DNA of 42,664 nt from an uncultured Candidatus Saccharibacteria bacterium (GCA_964487615.1 CAZARM010000002.1:32160-74823), one strand, 5' to 3'. Shown: positions 1-9,591, numbered from the stretch's first letter. Notes: generated by a model from the sequence alone, not told the origin. Numbers and translations are program-made.

Positions 1-2
1 TG

Positions 3-287
3 CATAAAAAGGAGATGGCGCAGGAGATTGGGATCGGGTTGCTGAAGGCTCGGTTGATCGCTTGCTATAATCTTTCTCCAATTGAATCTGCTTATTGGTG
101 GAAAGGTAAAATTGAGGCTGAAAACGAAATACTTCTGATTATGAAAACTACCGAGGAACGATTTGCGGAAATTGAAGATTACTTTATGAAACATTCCGGC
201 TACGAAGTGCCCGAACTAATTGCTTTGCGGCCGCATCAGGTAAATCAGCCATATGAAGAGTGGGTACATGACGAAGTCGACAAATAA
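3..287 (+). CDS. cutA: CutA-like divalent-cation tolerance protein, probably 5'-truncated by the window edge
   Basis: ORF 15..287. The pattern LIACYNL.PIESAYWWKGKIE.E.E.LL.MKT...YEVPE matches the CutA1 family. The frame stays open back to nt 3 and the GGAG abuts the ATG, so the true start is probably upstream of the window. Confidence 0.65.
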   Translation, partial: HKKEMAQEIGIGLLKARLIACYNLSPIESAYWWKGKIEAENEILLIMKTTEERFAEIEDYFMKHSGYEVPELIALRPHQVNQPYEEWVHDEVDK

Positions 288-495
288 GGCGTGGTTTAGG
301 AAGGTTCGGGGAAGTTATTTGCCGATGAGCTGGCAGGGCTGGGCGTTGTACGTACCATTTGTTGCCTATTTGTTGACGGTATTAGTAGTAGTGCATGTTA
401 ACAGCGATTCTGTTAGTGGAACTTTGTACGGCATCTTTCCGCAGTGGGTAGCTGCCGCAGTCGTCATGACTTGGATCGCCTCCAAAAAATCTTAA
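253..495 (+). CDS. small two-TM membrane protein, unknown function
   Basis: ORF track. Two hydrophobic segments (WALYVPFVAYLLTVLVVV, WVAAAVVMTWIA). Overlaps the cutA end. An alternative ATG lies at 268. Confidence 0.4.
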   Translation: MKSGYMTKSTNKAWFRKVRGSYLPMSWQGWALYVPFVAYLLTVLVVVHVNSDSVSGTLYGIFPQWVAAAVVMTWIASKKS

Positions 496-577
496 ATCAA
501 CCTTCGACAGTTTGTGAATAGGAAATGATCCAGAAGCACTGATTCTGCCCGGAAGAGAACAGAGTGCTTATGTTAAA

Positions 578-1207
578 ATGAGATTAATGAATAAGGCTAA
601 GTGGCTGAAGATAGGAGGATTGACTGGCGCTGTCTTGTTAGTGTTTGCAGTAAGTCTGCCCGTAGTCGCTCAGAGTGATCAAACATCGGACCAGAGTGAT
701 GCTGCAGCCCTACAAGTTCGGTTAACGCAACGAAAAACTCAACTTAAGACTCGACTTACGGCTGCTCAGCAAGCTCGTATAAAAAATCGTTGTAAGGCCA
801 CCCAGGGGCTGTTGGTGAGCTTTGACGCTCGTATCAAAACTGTGGAGAGCAATCGGGTTAACGCTTACGACACCATCCTGGACCACTTGAATTCATTGAC
901 AACTCGCGTCGGGGACAAAGCCGATACCACAGATTTGCAGGCCCAAATTGCGGTGCTTAATTCAAAAGTAGAAGCCTTCAAAACCGACTTTACTGCCTAC
1001 CGACAGGCAGTGGAAGACTTACACACTATGGATTGCGGAGCTGATCCGGCGGCGTTTCAGGCTTCGCTGGAATCTGCCAAAGCTTCGCAGGCTCAATTGA
1101 GGACGGAAGTCATGGATATCCGGGCCCATATCACAGACATGATTAAACCAGCATTAGCGGCGCTTCGCGCGCAGCTTAAACAGAAACAGGGTCAGGGAAT
1201 CAACTAA
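578..1207 (+). CDS. exported coiled-coil protein, unknown function
   Basis: N-terminal signal/anchor (LKIGGLTGAVLLVFAVSLPVVAQS) followed by a heptad-like Q/A/K/L-rich sequence. The stop overlaps the next start (TAATG). Confidence 0.55.
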   Translation: MRLMNKAKWLKIGGLTGAVLLVFAVSLPVVAQSDQTSDQSDAAALQVRLTQRKTQLKTRLTAAQQARIKNRCKATQGLLVSFDARIKTVESNRVNAYDTILDHLNSLTTRVGDKADTTDLQAQIAVLNSKVEAFKTDFTAYRQAVEDLHTMDCGADPAAFQASLESAKASQAQLRTEVMDIRAHITDMIKPALAALRAQLKQKQGQGIN

Positions 1208-1710
1208 TGGATGATATTAAACGTCCTGTTCGGGGCACTGTCCCAACCATGGATATTCGTCCTCGTGGAATTCCACAACCCGTTCAACGTTCGCCAGGGG
1301 GTGTATTGTCAAAGCCATCAGCGCCAGTTGCCCCTGCAGCCGTTCCGGTTTCACCGTTGCCAGCTGTCCCAACGCAGTCACCCGCTAAGCTACCTGCTCA
1401 ACCCTCTACTACACAAACTGCCGATTTAGCTGGGCTAACATTGCCAGCCAAGGCCAAGGCGCCGATTGCCGCAATAATCATCGCGGTGATCGTAGCTTTA
1501 GGCTTGATCGGTCTCACGATCTTTGCATTTTATAAAACCCAGAATAATGCTAAATCCGGGGATACTACTGCTAGCCAACAACCAGAAAAACCGGTCACAA
1601 CCGAAGAAGTTGACGCCACCCAGACAGCTGTAGACAAACAACTGGACACCACCAACGATGCCCAAGACTTCAGCTCGAACGATCTAAGCGACACATCATT
1701 GGGACTATAG
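1207..1710 (+). CDS. Pro-rich single-pass membrane protein, unknown function
   Basis: Pro/Ala-rich N-terminal half, one TM (IAAIIIAVIVALGLIGLTIFAFY) and an acidic T/D/Q-rich tail. Translationally coupled to the upstream ORF. Confidence 0.5.
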   Translation: MDDIKRPVRGTVPTMDIRPRGIPQPVQRSPGGVLSKPSAPVAPAAVPVSPLPAVPTQSPAKLPAQPSTTQTADLAGLTLPAKAKAPIAAIIIAVIVALGLIGLTIFAFYKTQNNAKSGDTTASQQPEKPVTTEEVDATQTAVDKQLDTTNDAQDFSSNDLSDTSLGL

Positions 1711-1716
1711 AACCCG

Positions 1717-2592
1717 CTACTTTATTCCACCTAGCTTGATGCTGTTTTTCTCTAGCGCTCTTACTAATCGAGTATAGAATTCACTGCGTACTTTCCACTG
1801 GGCGGCCGGCGTGGTCTTAGCCAGGATTTTAACCGTCACACCGTTTTCACTAAGACCCTCCACACTTGCCATGTAAGGCGGTTCTACAATGGTGCTCTTC
1901 AGCTCGGCAATGGCCGCAACTTGTTCGCCTGTATGCTTGATAATGTGGGCCAGCTGGTCTAGGTCGGTGCCACTGGCAACCGTCAGATCCTCATTGATTC
2001 GGCTATAGCCTAGAGTTTTGTTAGTAGTCAAAGCAATATTGCCGTTGGGCAGATGGTGGACGTCACCACTCAAATCTCGCAGCACAGTTGTGCGGATAGT
2101 TAACTCTTCCACCGTGCCGTCAACATCGCCAATACCGATTCCAGTCAGCCTGACTTCGTCGCCAATTCTGTACTGGTTTTCGGTAATAATAAAAATGCCG
2201 CTCACAAAATCTCTAATTAAGCTCTGAGCACCAAAACCAAGGGCAACACCCAGGATGCCCGCACTGGCGAACAAAGCCGTGGTGTAGGCCGGGTTAATCT
2301 CACCAATTATCAGGATAGCGGCCATCAAGTAAACACCGACACGCACGCTAGCATTAACTAGGCTGGTTAGGGTGCGCAGGCGTTTTTCTCGGTCGGCTCT
2401 CGTGGGGTATAAGTCAGTCCGAATCGTGGTATGCAATATGCGGCTAATGATCCTGACGCTAAACTCACGTACTATCCAAGCACCAATTAAAATCACGATA
2501 ATATTAACCAGATGCTGGTTTAGCCAACCACCAACGGTGCTACCAATCCACTCCAGGCGAACTGCTAAATTCAGTACAAACAGGTCCCACAT
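1717..2592 (-). CDS. small-conductance mechanosensitive channel (MscS family)
   Basis: Three N-terminal TMs, then GFGAQSLIRDFVSGIFIITENQYRIGDEV, the typical MscS pore-helix/beta-domain signature. Confidence 0.85.
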   Translation of the reverse strand: MWDLFVLNLAVRLEWIGSTVGGWLNQHLVNIIVILIGAWIVREFSVRIISRILHTTIRTDLYPTRADREKRLRTLTSLVNASVRVGVYLMAAILIIGEINPAYTTALFASAGILGVALGFGAQSLIRDFVSGIFIITENQYRIGDEVRLTGIGIGDVDGTVEELTIRTTVLRDLSGDVHHLPNGNIALTTNKTLGYSRINEDLTVASGTDLDQLAHIIKHTGEQVAAIAELKSTIVEPPYMASVEGLSENGVTVKILAKTTPAAQWKVRSEFYTRLVRALEKNSIKLGGIK

Positions 2593-2680
2593 TATTGTCT
2601 AAAGTATATAGAGTAAGCATTAGCTCAGCAACTTGAGCCTGGTTCGGTGCTTGCTACAGTCTTCTGGTATGATTAAGGCT

Positions 2681-3052
2681 ATGAGCAAAAACATACTGAT
2701 TATCGACGACGACAGTTTGATTAGAAAAGCTTTGGGTGAAGCCTTGGCCGCCAAAGGGTTTGGAGTAAGAGAAGCAGAAAACGGCAAAAAAGGCTTAGAG
2801 TCAGCCCTGTCATCCCATCCGGACCTGGTAGTCAGCGATTTGCGTATGCCAGAAATGGACGGCCTAACAATGCTTGAACAATTACGTCAAGACGCCTGGG
2901 GCAAAACTGTACCTGTCATTATGCTTTCGACTGACGAATCCACTAGTTCTATCAACCAAGCCCTGCAAGCTGGCGTAACAGTCTACTTGTCCAAAAGCGG
3001 CACGGCACCTGACGCTGTGGTCCAGCAGATCACGACAGCCCTTGGGGCTTAG
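2681..3052 (+). CDS. stand-alone response-regulator receiver domain (CheY-like)
   Basis: ILIIDDD...DLVVSDLRMPEMDG...STD...KS layout with no output domain. The ATG at 2681 is preferred over the TTG at 2633. Confidence 0.85.
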   Translation: MSKNILIIDDDSLIRKALGEALAAKGFGVREAENGKKGLESALSSHPDLVVSDLRMPEMDGLTMLEQLRQDAWGKTVPVIMLSTDESTSSINQALQAGVTVYLSKSGTAPDAVVQQITTALGA

Positions 3053-4434
3053 ACCTTTGTAAAAGCCCCAGTTTTTGGCAGGGAAACATACACCGTAGTA
3101 CCTACTTTCTCAGTTGATTGCAACCACAGGCGGCCACCATGTTCTTCGATGACTAATCGACTGACCCACAGACCAAGCCCGGTGCCGTGGACTTGCGTCT
3201 GGGCGGCATTTTTTGCGCGGTAATAACCGTCCAGCACCTTAGTCTGTTCGTCTTTAGGGATGCCGATGCCATGATCCTGAACAGAAAAAATATGTTCGTT
3301 ATTCTCGGTTCGGTAGCCGATCTTGATAGTGCTGCCCTCGTAGCAATATTTGATAGAGTTTGACACTAGGTTCATGAAAGCACGCTTGAGGGCGTTGATG
3401 TCACCAAACGTTGTGGCAGCCAGCGGAATTGTCTTGTCCAGCGCAATTGTGACGTTCTTTTCCTGAGCTCCGAGCGTCAAGGTCTTCTGGACCTCGTGAA
3501 TGGCAGTGGTAATATCAACCGTGTCAAAGTCCTTGGTCGTAGATTTACTACGTTCAAACACCGACAGGTCCAGGATCTCGTTAATAGTAGCCGTGGAAGA
3601 TTCGGCACTCTTGAACATGTCGTTTAACAGCAGCTTTTGCTTGTCGGTCATATTACCGTCACCGCTTTTGATCAGTGTCTGGATGGCCCACACCATACCA
3701 TTTAACGGGGATCGCAATTCATGTGAGGCAATGGACACAAACTGGTTTTTGAGCTGGGTAATTTCCCATTCTTTGACTTGAAGCTTTCGGTCCCGCAATA
3801 GGCCAGCTAGCGGAATGGCCGCCAGGCACAACGGTACCATCGCGTAAATCAACACATCAAAGTAATAATTGGCTGCCGGCGTGTCAATGCCTACCAGGGC
3901 AATCGTTTGGTTTGTGGCGGGGTCAATAACTGGCGCCAATGCCGAAATCCATACTCCCCAACGGTCACGGGAGGGACCCTCAATAAATGGCGCGTCTGCA
4001 AAAAAACCACCGCGTAATCGACTAGAAGCCTCGGTGTACTCTTCGCCAGGCGGTGAAAAATTCTCGCTTGCAGGGCTTGCCGCATCAACCAGGAAAACTA
4101 CCTTGTCGTGTTTCATAGCCATCAAGTAGACGTAACTTAGATCACGGTTATCGCCTTGGATACGTTCCAGCTGGGTCTTTAGCTCTTTGTACTCAAACTT
4201 TTGGGTGTCGTTTTCTTGACCCTCCAGGAAGGATATTGATTTGGTAGGCAAGGCATTGGCAATGGTTTGGGCGCGGCCTTTTAGGTAATCGCGGCTGCGC
4301 AAATCAACAGAAATACCAGCAAACATACCGCTCATCACCCCAGTTACGACAATCAGTATCAATACCACGGATGTCAGACGTTTGGGCCGGGGCAGCAAGT
4401 GCAATCGTTTTTTGTTTTTTACCATCTGTTCCAC
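3049..4434 (-). CDS. sensor histidine kinase with extracytoplasmic sensor domain
   Basis: Two TMs flank a ~170-aa loop. H-box FVSIASHELRSPLNG, N-box NLVSNSIKY and G-boxes DHGIGIP / GTGLGLWV. Confidence 0.85.
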   Translation of the reverse strand: MEQMVKNKKRLHLLPRPKRLTSVVLILIVVTGVMSGMFAGISVDLRSRDYLKGRAQTIANALPTKSISFLEGQENDTQKFEYKELKTQLERIQGDNRDLSYVYLMAMKHDKVVFLVDAASPASENFSPPGEEYTEASSRLRGGFFADAPFIEGPSRDRWGVWISALAPVIDPATNQTIALVGIDTPAANYYFDVLIYAMVPLCLAAIPLAGLLRDRKLQVKEWEITQLKNQFVSIASHELRSPLNGMVWAIQTLIKSGDGNMTDKQKLLLNDMFKSAESSTATINEILDLSVFERSKSTTKDFDTVDITTAIHEVQKTLTLGAQEKNVTIALDKTIPLAATTFGDINALKRAFMNLVSNSIKYCYEGSTIKIGYRTENNEHIFSVQDHGIGIPKDEQTKVLDGYYRAKNAAQTQVHGTGLGLWVSRLVIEEHGGRLWLQSTEKVGTTVYVSLPKTGAFTKV

Positions 4435-4480
4435 AGCTAGAACTATAGCATAAACGGCTTCGCCTCATCACCCCAGGTCT

Positions 4481-4532
4481 AGCTTATGCTTAGCTCAGAG
4501 CTCAGGGTTGGACCCTGAGCTAAGCATAAGCT
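4481..4532 (-). terminator. 18-bp perfect-stem hairpin just downstream of murC (no U-tract)
   Basis: AGCTTATGCTTAGCTCAG (4481-4498) pairs with CTGAGCTAAGCATAAGCT (4515-4532). A tandem AGCTCAG duplication allows an alternative 8-bp stem. Confidence 0.4.
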
Positions 4533-4534
4533 GG

Positions 4535-5848
4535 TTATGACTCTATGGGGGAGTGGGGTTGAAAATGGTGGCGGAGCCATTCGTCTAGAGAGTTGCCACC
4601 GCCTCCGGCCATACCAACCACCATGTCACCGACTTTCAGGTGGTCCTTGATAACTTTCTCCAGGGCTTCGTTGCGCTCCATGGGCACCGCAATCGCTGGG
4701 TCGCTGAGGTGCGTAATCAGTTCTGCGGGCGGAATGATACGTTGCTTGGGGTCTTCACGGGCCAAGTAGCTGGGGATCCAGTAGACCAGTCTGGCACCCT
4801 CAAAGCAATCTTTGTAATCATCGATCATGAAGTGCTGGCGGCGGTTAGTTAGCGGTTCGTAGACCACCACTAACTCTTGGCCGTTTTTCTCGGCTATTTC
4901 CAGAGCCACGCTCATTCCGCCACGAATTTTCTCTGGCGTGTGGGCGTAGTCACTGTAAAGATTAGGCGCGATTTGCTCCATGCGCCGTTGCAGGCCAGGG
5001 AAATTATTCACGAGATCAGTTAGCTTCTCAACCGGCTCACGAGTCAATTCATGCATAGCCCGGACAGCCAGCCAAGCATCTAAGCGGTTGTAATGTCCTG
5101 CTAGGGTAATGCGGCTGATCTGGGGATTGCCGGCATCCTCAACCGAGTAATGACTGTCGCTAGAGAGCTTGAGATAGTCAAAATCTTCTTGCCAAAGCAG
5201 CGTCCAGTCAGATTGGCTGATAAACTCGGCGAAAGCCTGCTGGTAATCTTCACGGGTTGGAAAGATCTCATGATGGTCCCATGAAACACCGCTGATCAGA
5301 CTCAAGTAAGGCTCGTAAGCTAGGAAATTTCGATCAAATTCATCGCACTCGTAGACAAAAAACTTGGATGCGGGGTCAAACTGACCCATATCGCCAAAAC
5401 TGATCTTGGCGCCTACTGAATAGCTGACCGGCAGCTTCAGCTGCTTAAACAACCAAACCAGCATGGCCGTGGTAGTAGTTTTGCCGTGTGTGCCAGCGAT
5501 GGCGACAAGACGGAGCTTTTTATCAGTTAGGATTTGGTTGAGCAAGTCATCACGCTTGGACGCCTTGATCCCTTGATCACGGCAAAATTTAAGTTCCGGC
5601 GCGTCAGGATTCTCCATTGTAACGGCTGACGAATGAACGTACCAATCAATGGGATTCTTGGCGTGGACACCGGCGATGGAGTCGTAATCCTGGGAGATAT
5701 GGATGTCTAATATGCCATGTTTGCGCAAATAGCGTATGTATTGAGAATCTTGCTTGTCCGAGCCGGAGACAGTGTAACCAGCTTGCTGGGCAATTAGAGC
5801 CAGCGGCCCAATGGCTGTCCCGCCAATGCCACTGAAGAAAATATGCAT
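4535..5848 (-). CDS. murC: UDP-N-acetylmuramate--L-alanine ligase (Mur ligase; MurC or Mpl type)
   Basis: N-terminal Rossmann motif IFFSGIGGTAIGPLA..GY.VSGSD and P-loop AIAGTHGKTTTTAM. Length is 437 aa. Confidence 0.7.
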   Translation of the reverse strand: MHIFFSGIGGTAIGPLALIAQQAGYTVSGSDKQDSQYIRYLRKHGILDIHISQDYDSIAGVHAKNPIDWYVHSSAVTMENPDAPELKFCRDQGIKASKRDDLLNQILTDKKLRLVAIAGTHGKTTTTAMLVWLFKQLKLPVSYSVGAKISFGDMGQFDPASKFFVYECDEFDRNFLAYEPYLSLISGVSWDHHEIFPTREDYQQAFAEFISQSDWTLLWQEDFDYLKLSSDSHYSVEDAGNPQISRITLAGHYNRLDAWLAVRAMHELTREPVEKLTDLVNNFPGLQRRMEQIAPNLYSDYAHTPEKIRGGMSVALEIAEKNGQELVVVYEPLTNRRQHFMIDDYKDCFEGARLVYWIPSYLAREDPKQRIIPPAELITHLSDPAIAVPMERNEALEKVIKDHLKVGDMVVGMAGGGGNSLDEWLRHHFQPHSPIES

Positions 5849-5897
5849 ACCCTATAGTCTAATTTCTTACGCTTAAGAAGTCCAAAAGAAGTATAAT

Positions 5898-6524
5898 TTG
5901 GGTTACATGTTAAGCAAACGAAAACTCCATCATCTATGGACCAAACTTAGAGTCGTTAGCTACTGGTATTTTCTAGCAGGATTTATTATCTTTGGCGTAA
6001 TTTTTGTCAACGCCTACCGGCAGAACAACATCCACATGGTGCGCTTGCGCCAAGCAGTTTTTACAGCCGATGAACAAAACGGCGATGTAGAAAAGGCCCT
6101 AAGGGAATTGCGTGAGTATGTCTACGCCCATATGCATACCCAACTAGCTGTCGGGTCAACGGCTATCCGCCCGCCGATCCAGTTGAAATACCGCTATGAG
6201 CGCCTACTGTCAGCTGAAAAAGATCGTGTTTCTACGGCTAATGCCAGTATTTATACTGCCGCCCAAGCCGATTGCGAGCAGCGTTTTCCGGCCGGCTTGT
6301 CTGGCCGCGGTCGTGTACCGTGTATTTCTGAATACGTGGCTAGCCACGGTATCAAAGAGCAATCTATACCCAAGGAACTCTATCAGTTCGACTTTGTCTC
6401 CCCCCTATGGTCGCCTGATCTAGCCGGCTGGAGCCTGGTGCTGACGGTTATCTTTGGTGCTCTATTTGGTTTACGGTTTTCTCTGGAGTTATGGTTGCGA
6501 CAGCAGCTTAATGAGCACTCCTAA
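5898..6524 (+). CDS. membrane protein with N- and C-terminal TMs, unknown function
   Basis: ORF track. TMs at VVSYWYFLAGFIIFGVIFV and WSLVLTVIFGALFGL. The likely ATG is at 5907. Confidence 0.5.
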   Translation: MGYMLSKRKLHHLWTKLRVVSYWYFLAGFIIFGVIFVNAYRQNNIHMVRLRQAVFTADEQNGDVEKALRELREYVYAHMHTQLAVGSTAIRPPIQLKYRYERLLSAEKDRVSTANASIYTAAQADCEQRFPAGLSGRGRVPCISEYVASHGIKEQSIPKELYQFDFVSPLWSPDLAGWSLVLTVIFGALFGLRFSLELWLRQQLNEHS

Positions 6525-6531
6525 AGGACAA

Positions 6532-6566
6532 ATAAAAACATCCGCCTAAACAGCGGATGTTTTTAT
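6532..6566. terminator. bidirectional intrinsic terminator between convergent genes
   Basis: ATAAAAACATCCGC / GCGGATGTTTTTAT forms a 14-bp stem with a 7-nt loop and A/T runs on both sides. Confidence 0.65.
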
Positions 6567-6592
6567 TGAGAAAACCTAGGTATCAGCTAACT

Positions 6593-7210
6593 TTAGTTGG
6601 TCTTTTGGGTTGTAGTAGCAGGAGTGGTGGTAGCGGGGGTAGTAGCGGCGGGGGTACTGCTGCTAGTAGCTGCTGCGGCACACTTCTGGCCGTTTGGATT
6701 GGCCTTCTTGAATTCGGCTATGAGCTTGCCCACCTGTCCATCATCTTTTATGTTTTCCCAGAAGATGACTTGCGCCTGTCGGATGACCATGCTGTCTTCA
6801 GGCCCGTGCGGCTCACAGCCTAGCTTAACTAGCTTAACCGATGAAGTTGTTGGCTTGTCGGCTTGATCTGGTTGAACTTGTTGGTTTGCGCGCAAGTAGT
6901 AGATGTCACTGACACGCATGAATTCTTTATTTATGTCATTGATATGTCCGAAATAAAGTTGCCCACCGTTTAGGAATACAGCTTGCATCTTGTCTTTATT
7001 AACATGCTTGCCTTCACTGGTAGGGGCGCCTAAGACTACTGACCATAGTAGTGCTACAACAAGTATTGTCGCAGAAAACAACAGTACGACTGAAGCAACC
7101 TTAAGCCCCATGCTAGCTGTCTTTTTTTTGCGACCACCGCTTGTAGGGGCAGGTGCGGCTGGCGAACTCGAAGATTGAGCAGGTCGGCTACCACGATCCA
7201 TGAATTCCAT
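6593..7210 (-). CDS. membrane-anchored exported protein with Thr/Pro/Ala-rich C-terminus, unknown function
   Basis: Basic N-terminus, one TM (VASVVLLFSATILVVALLWSVV), a globular part with two Cys, and an ATTPATTTPATTT tail. Confidence 0.55.
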   Translation of the reverse strand: MEFMDRGSRPAQSSSSPAAPAPTSGGRKKKTASMGLKVASVVLLFSATILVVALLWSVVLGAPTSEGKHVNKDKMQAVFLNGGQLYFGHINDINKEFMRVSDIYYLRANQQVQPDQADKPTTSSVKLVKLGCEPHGPEDSMVIRQAQVIFWENIKDDGQVGKLIAEFKKANPNGQKCAAAATSSSTPAATTPATTTPATTTQKTN

Positions 7211-7359
7211 TATGAATATCCACCTTTGTTTAGATTTGAGCTACTGGTAACAGTGTAATGCATAAGCATTGTGCCACGCAAGCCATTTTTATGCCTCTCA
7301 CCTCTGTAAGAAACAACAATAACACAACCATCAGGGGTGATACCCTGATAGCCCATCTA

Positions 7360-7389
7360 TTGACAACCTAAAACGTCCAAGAGTATGGT
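7360..7389 (+). promoter_or_regulatory. candidate sigma70-type promoter for the small gene at 7432
   Basis: TTGACA (7360-7365), an 18-nt spacer, then TATGGT (7384-7389). Confidence 0.35.
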
Positions 7390-7431
7390 AGGAAGTACCA
7401 AACTAATGTGAAGAGAGGGAGAGACATAAGC

Positions 7432-7629
7432 ATGGCTTACAAGCACACAAATTCTAAAGGGGTGACTTACTACCTAAACTCAAAGAACGTTACACTTCGC
7501 GGTGGCAAACAGCAAATGATTTACTACTTCAGCAAGGACGAGCGTCCTGAAGCTACTGATCTACCAGCTGGTTACTCTGTAAATGAGAACCCACGTAACG
7601 GTTTCTTGACCATCAAAAAAGGCGCCTAG
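7432..7629 (+). CDS. small basic protein (65 aa), unknown function
   Basis: GAGGGAGAG Shine-Dalgarno region upstream of the ATG at 7432, and a strong terminator downstream. Confidence 0.6.
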   Translation: MAYKHTNSKGVTYYLNSKNVTLRGGKQQMIYYFSKDERPEATDLPAGYSVNENPRNGFLTIKKGA

Positions 7630-7664
7630 ACAGCACCCTTTAGAAATTTCAAAGAAAAATTTGT

Positions 7665-7700
7665 AAGTGGCCGGATCTTAAATGTTTCGGCCACTTTTTT
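7665..7700 (+). terminator. intrinsic terminator
   Basis: AAGTGGCCG / CGGCCACTT stem followed by TTTTTT. Confidence 0.7.
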
Positions 7701-7711
7701 GATACACTGAG

Positions 7712-8473
7712 ATGCGGATGAGTAAAATCCTAAAAGTTGAGAATTTGGTCAAGAAATACGAGAAATTGACGGCCGTTAATGATATTAGCTTTGAAGTCGA
7801 AGCCGGTGAAATTTTTGGCATCCTTGGCCCTAACGGCGCCGGCAAAACGACGACCCTAGAGATGATCGAGGCCCTGCGTCCCATAGATGGTGGCAGTATC
7901 ACTGTGGATGGTCTGGATGTTGCCAGCCAACCGCAAAAGGTCAAGTCTATCATCGGCGTCCAGCCACAGAGCCCCGCCTTTCAAGACAAGACCAAGCTAA
8001 CCGAGCTAATCGACCTGTTTTCGGCAGCGTACGGCGAAAAAGTCCACGCTGGTAAGTTTTTGAAAGAAGTCCAGTTATCGGACAAGGCCAACAGCTACAT
8101 AGAAACCCTGTCAGGCGGCCAAAAGCAGCGCTTTAGTATTGCTGCGGCGCTGGTGCATAACCCCAAACTTTTCTTTCTGGACGAACCGACTACGGGATTG
8201 GACCCCCAGGCTCGTCGTAACCTCTGGCAGCTTATCCAAGAGATTCGCGACAAGGGCGTGACAGTAATCCTAACCACCCACTATATGGATGAGGCCGAGT
8301 TGCTCTGCGACCGGGTGGCTATTATGGACAAGGGCAAAATTATAGCCCTCGATACGCCCAAGAACTTAATCACTGCCTTACTCAAAAAAGGTTTCAAAAA
8401 AGCCCAGCATGTCGAGCAAGCCAACCTAGAAGACGTATTCATTGATTTAACGGGCAAGGATTTGAGGGAATAG
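7712..8473 (+). CDS. ABC transporter ATP-binding protein (ABC-2/DrrA-like)
   Basis: Walker A GPNGAGKTTT, signature LSGGQKQR, Walker B LFFLDEPTTGLD. Confidence 0.9.
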   Translation: MRMSKILKVENLVKKYEKLTAVNDISFEVEAGEIFGILGPNGAGKTTTLEMIEALRPIDGGSITVDGLDVASQPQKVKSIIGVQPQSPAFQDKTKLTELIDLFSAAYGEKVHAGKFLKEVQLSDKANSYIETLSGGQKQRFSIAAALVHNPKLFFLDEPTTGLDPQARRNLWQLIQEIRDKGVTVILTTHYMDEAELLCDRVAIMDKGKIIALDTPKNLITALLKKGFKKAQHVEQANLEDVFIDLTGKDLRE

Positions 8474-8475
8474 CC

Positions 8476-9591
8476 ATGGATAGTTTCAAGAAATCGCTCC
8501 TAACTATTTGGACGTTCGCTCGCATTGATGTGAAACGGACTTTTCGTGACAAAGTAGCCCTGTTCTTTACCTTTGTGTTCCCGTTGATCTTTCTGTTCAT
8601 CTTTGGTGGCTTGTTTGGAAAAGACCAAAATGTATCGTTCAAGGTAGCTTTGATTAACGAATCCAAGTCGGAATTTGCCCAGAACTTTGTAACTCAAGCC
8701 AAAGACTCCAAGGTGTTAAAAGTTGACGCTGATGCCACTAGCCTTGACGCCGCTCGTCAAAAGATGGACCGCGATGAGCTAGACGCTGCCGTTATCCTAC
8801 CTGAAGATTTTGGAGTGGTAACCGACAAAGCCTATCCAACGGGACAGGCCAAGATTGTCTACAATCAGAACAATGAGCAGGCCGCCCAAACTCTGAGTAC
8901 CGTGCTGGATGGCATCTTCAAAGGCATCAACACCCAATTTGTGAAAACTGACACGCCGTTCAGCGTAACAACTGAATCTACAGCCAAAGTTGGCCTGAAC
9001 CGCTTTGACTATACCTTTGCTGGGCTGCTAGGCTTTTCTATTCTAGGACTTGGTATTTTTGGGCCGACACAAGTCTTCCCACAGCTCAAAAAGCAAGGCG
9101 TCCTGCGCCGCTACCACACCACCACTCTACGGGTGTGGCAGTACTTTGTGTCAAATGCCTTGTCCAGCGCCTTCATTGGTATCTTGTCTGTGACGGCCAT
9201 GTTTGCCGTTGGCGTAACCGTCTTCCATCTAAACATGAGGGGTGATTATCTGAGCTTTGCAGCCATTGTGATCCTGGGGGTCATAACCTTGTTTGGTATT
9301 GGGCTGGCTGTCGGTGGTTGGGCTCAGAACGAAAACCAAGCCGCACCGCTAGCTAACCTAATAAGTTTCCCCATGATGTTCCTAAGCGGCACTTTCTTTC
9401 CACGGTTTCTAATGCCGGAGTGGTTACAGAAAATCTCTGGGCTATTGCCGCTCACACCAGTAATTGATGGTGCCCGTCTGATCATAACCGAAGGCAAAAC
9501 TTTCTTTGACATCATGCCACAAGTCGGCTTACTGGTTGCCTGGGCAATTGTTATCTACTCTATTGCTTTTCGGGTGTTCCGCTGGGAGTAA
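8476..9591 (+). CDS. ABC-2 type transporter permease
   Basis: N-terminal TM, a large extracytoplasmic loop, then five C-terminal TMs. Starts 2 nt after the ATPase stop. Confidence 0.85.
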   Translation: MDSFKKSLLTIWTFARIDVKRTFRDKVALFFTFVFPLIFLFIFGGLFGKDQNVSFKVALINESKSEFAQNFVTQAKDSKVLKVDADATSLDAARQKMDRDELDAAVILPEDFGVVTDKAYPTGQAKIVYNQNNEQAAQTLSTVLDGIFKGINTQFVKTDTPFSVTTESTAKVGLNRFDYTFAGLLGFSILGLGIFGPTQVFPQLKKQGVLRRYHTTTLRVWQYFVSNALSSAFIGILSVTAMFAVGVTVFHLNMRGDYLSFAAIVILGVITLFGIGLAVGGWAQNENQAAPLANLISFPMMFLSGTFFPRFLMPEWLQKISGLLPLTPVIDGARLIITEGKTFFDIMPQVGLLVAWAIVIYSIAFRVFRWE

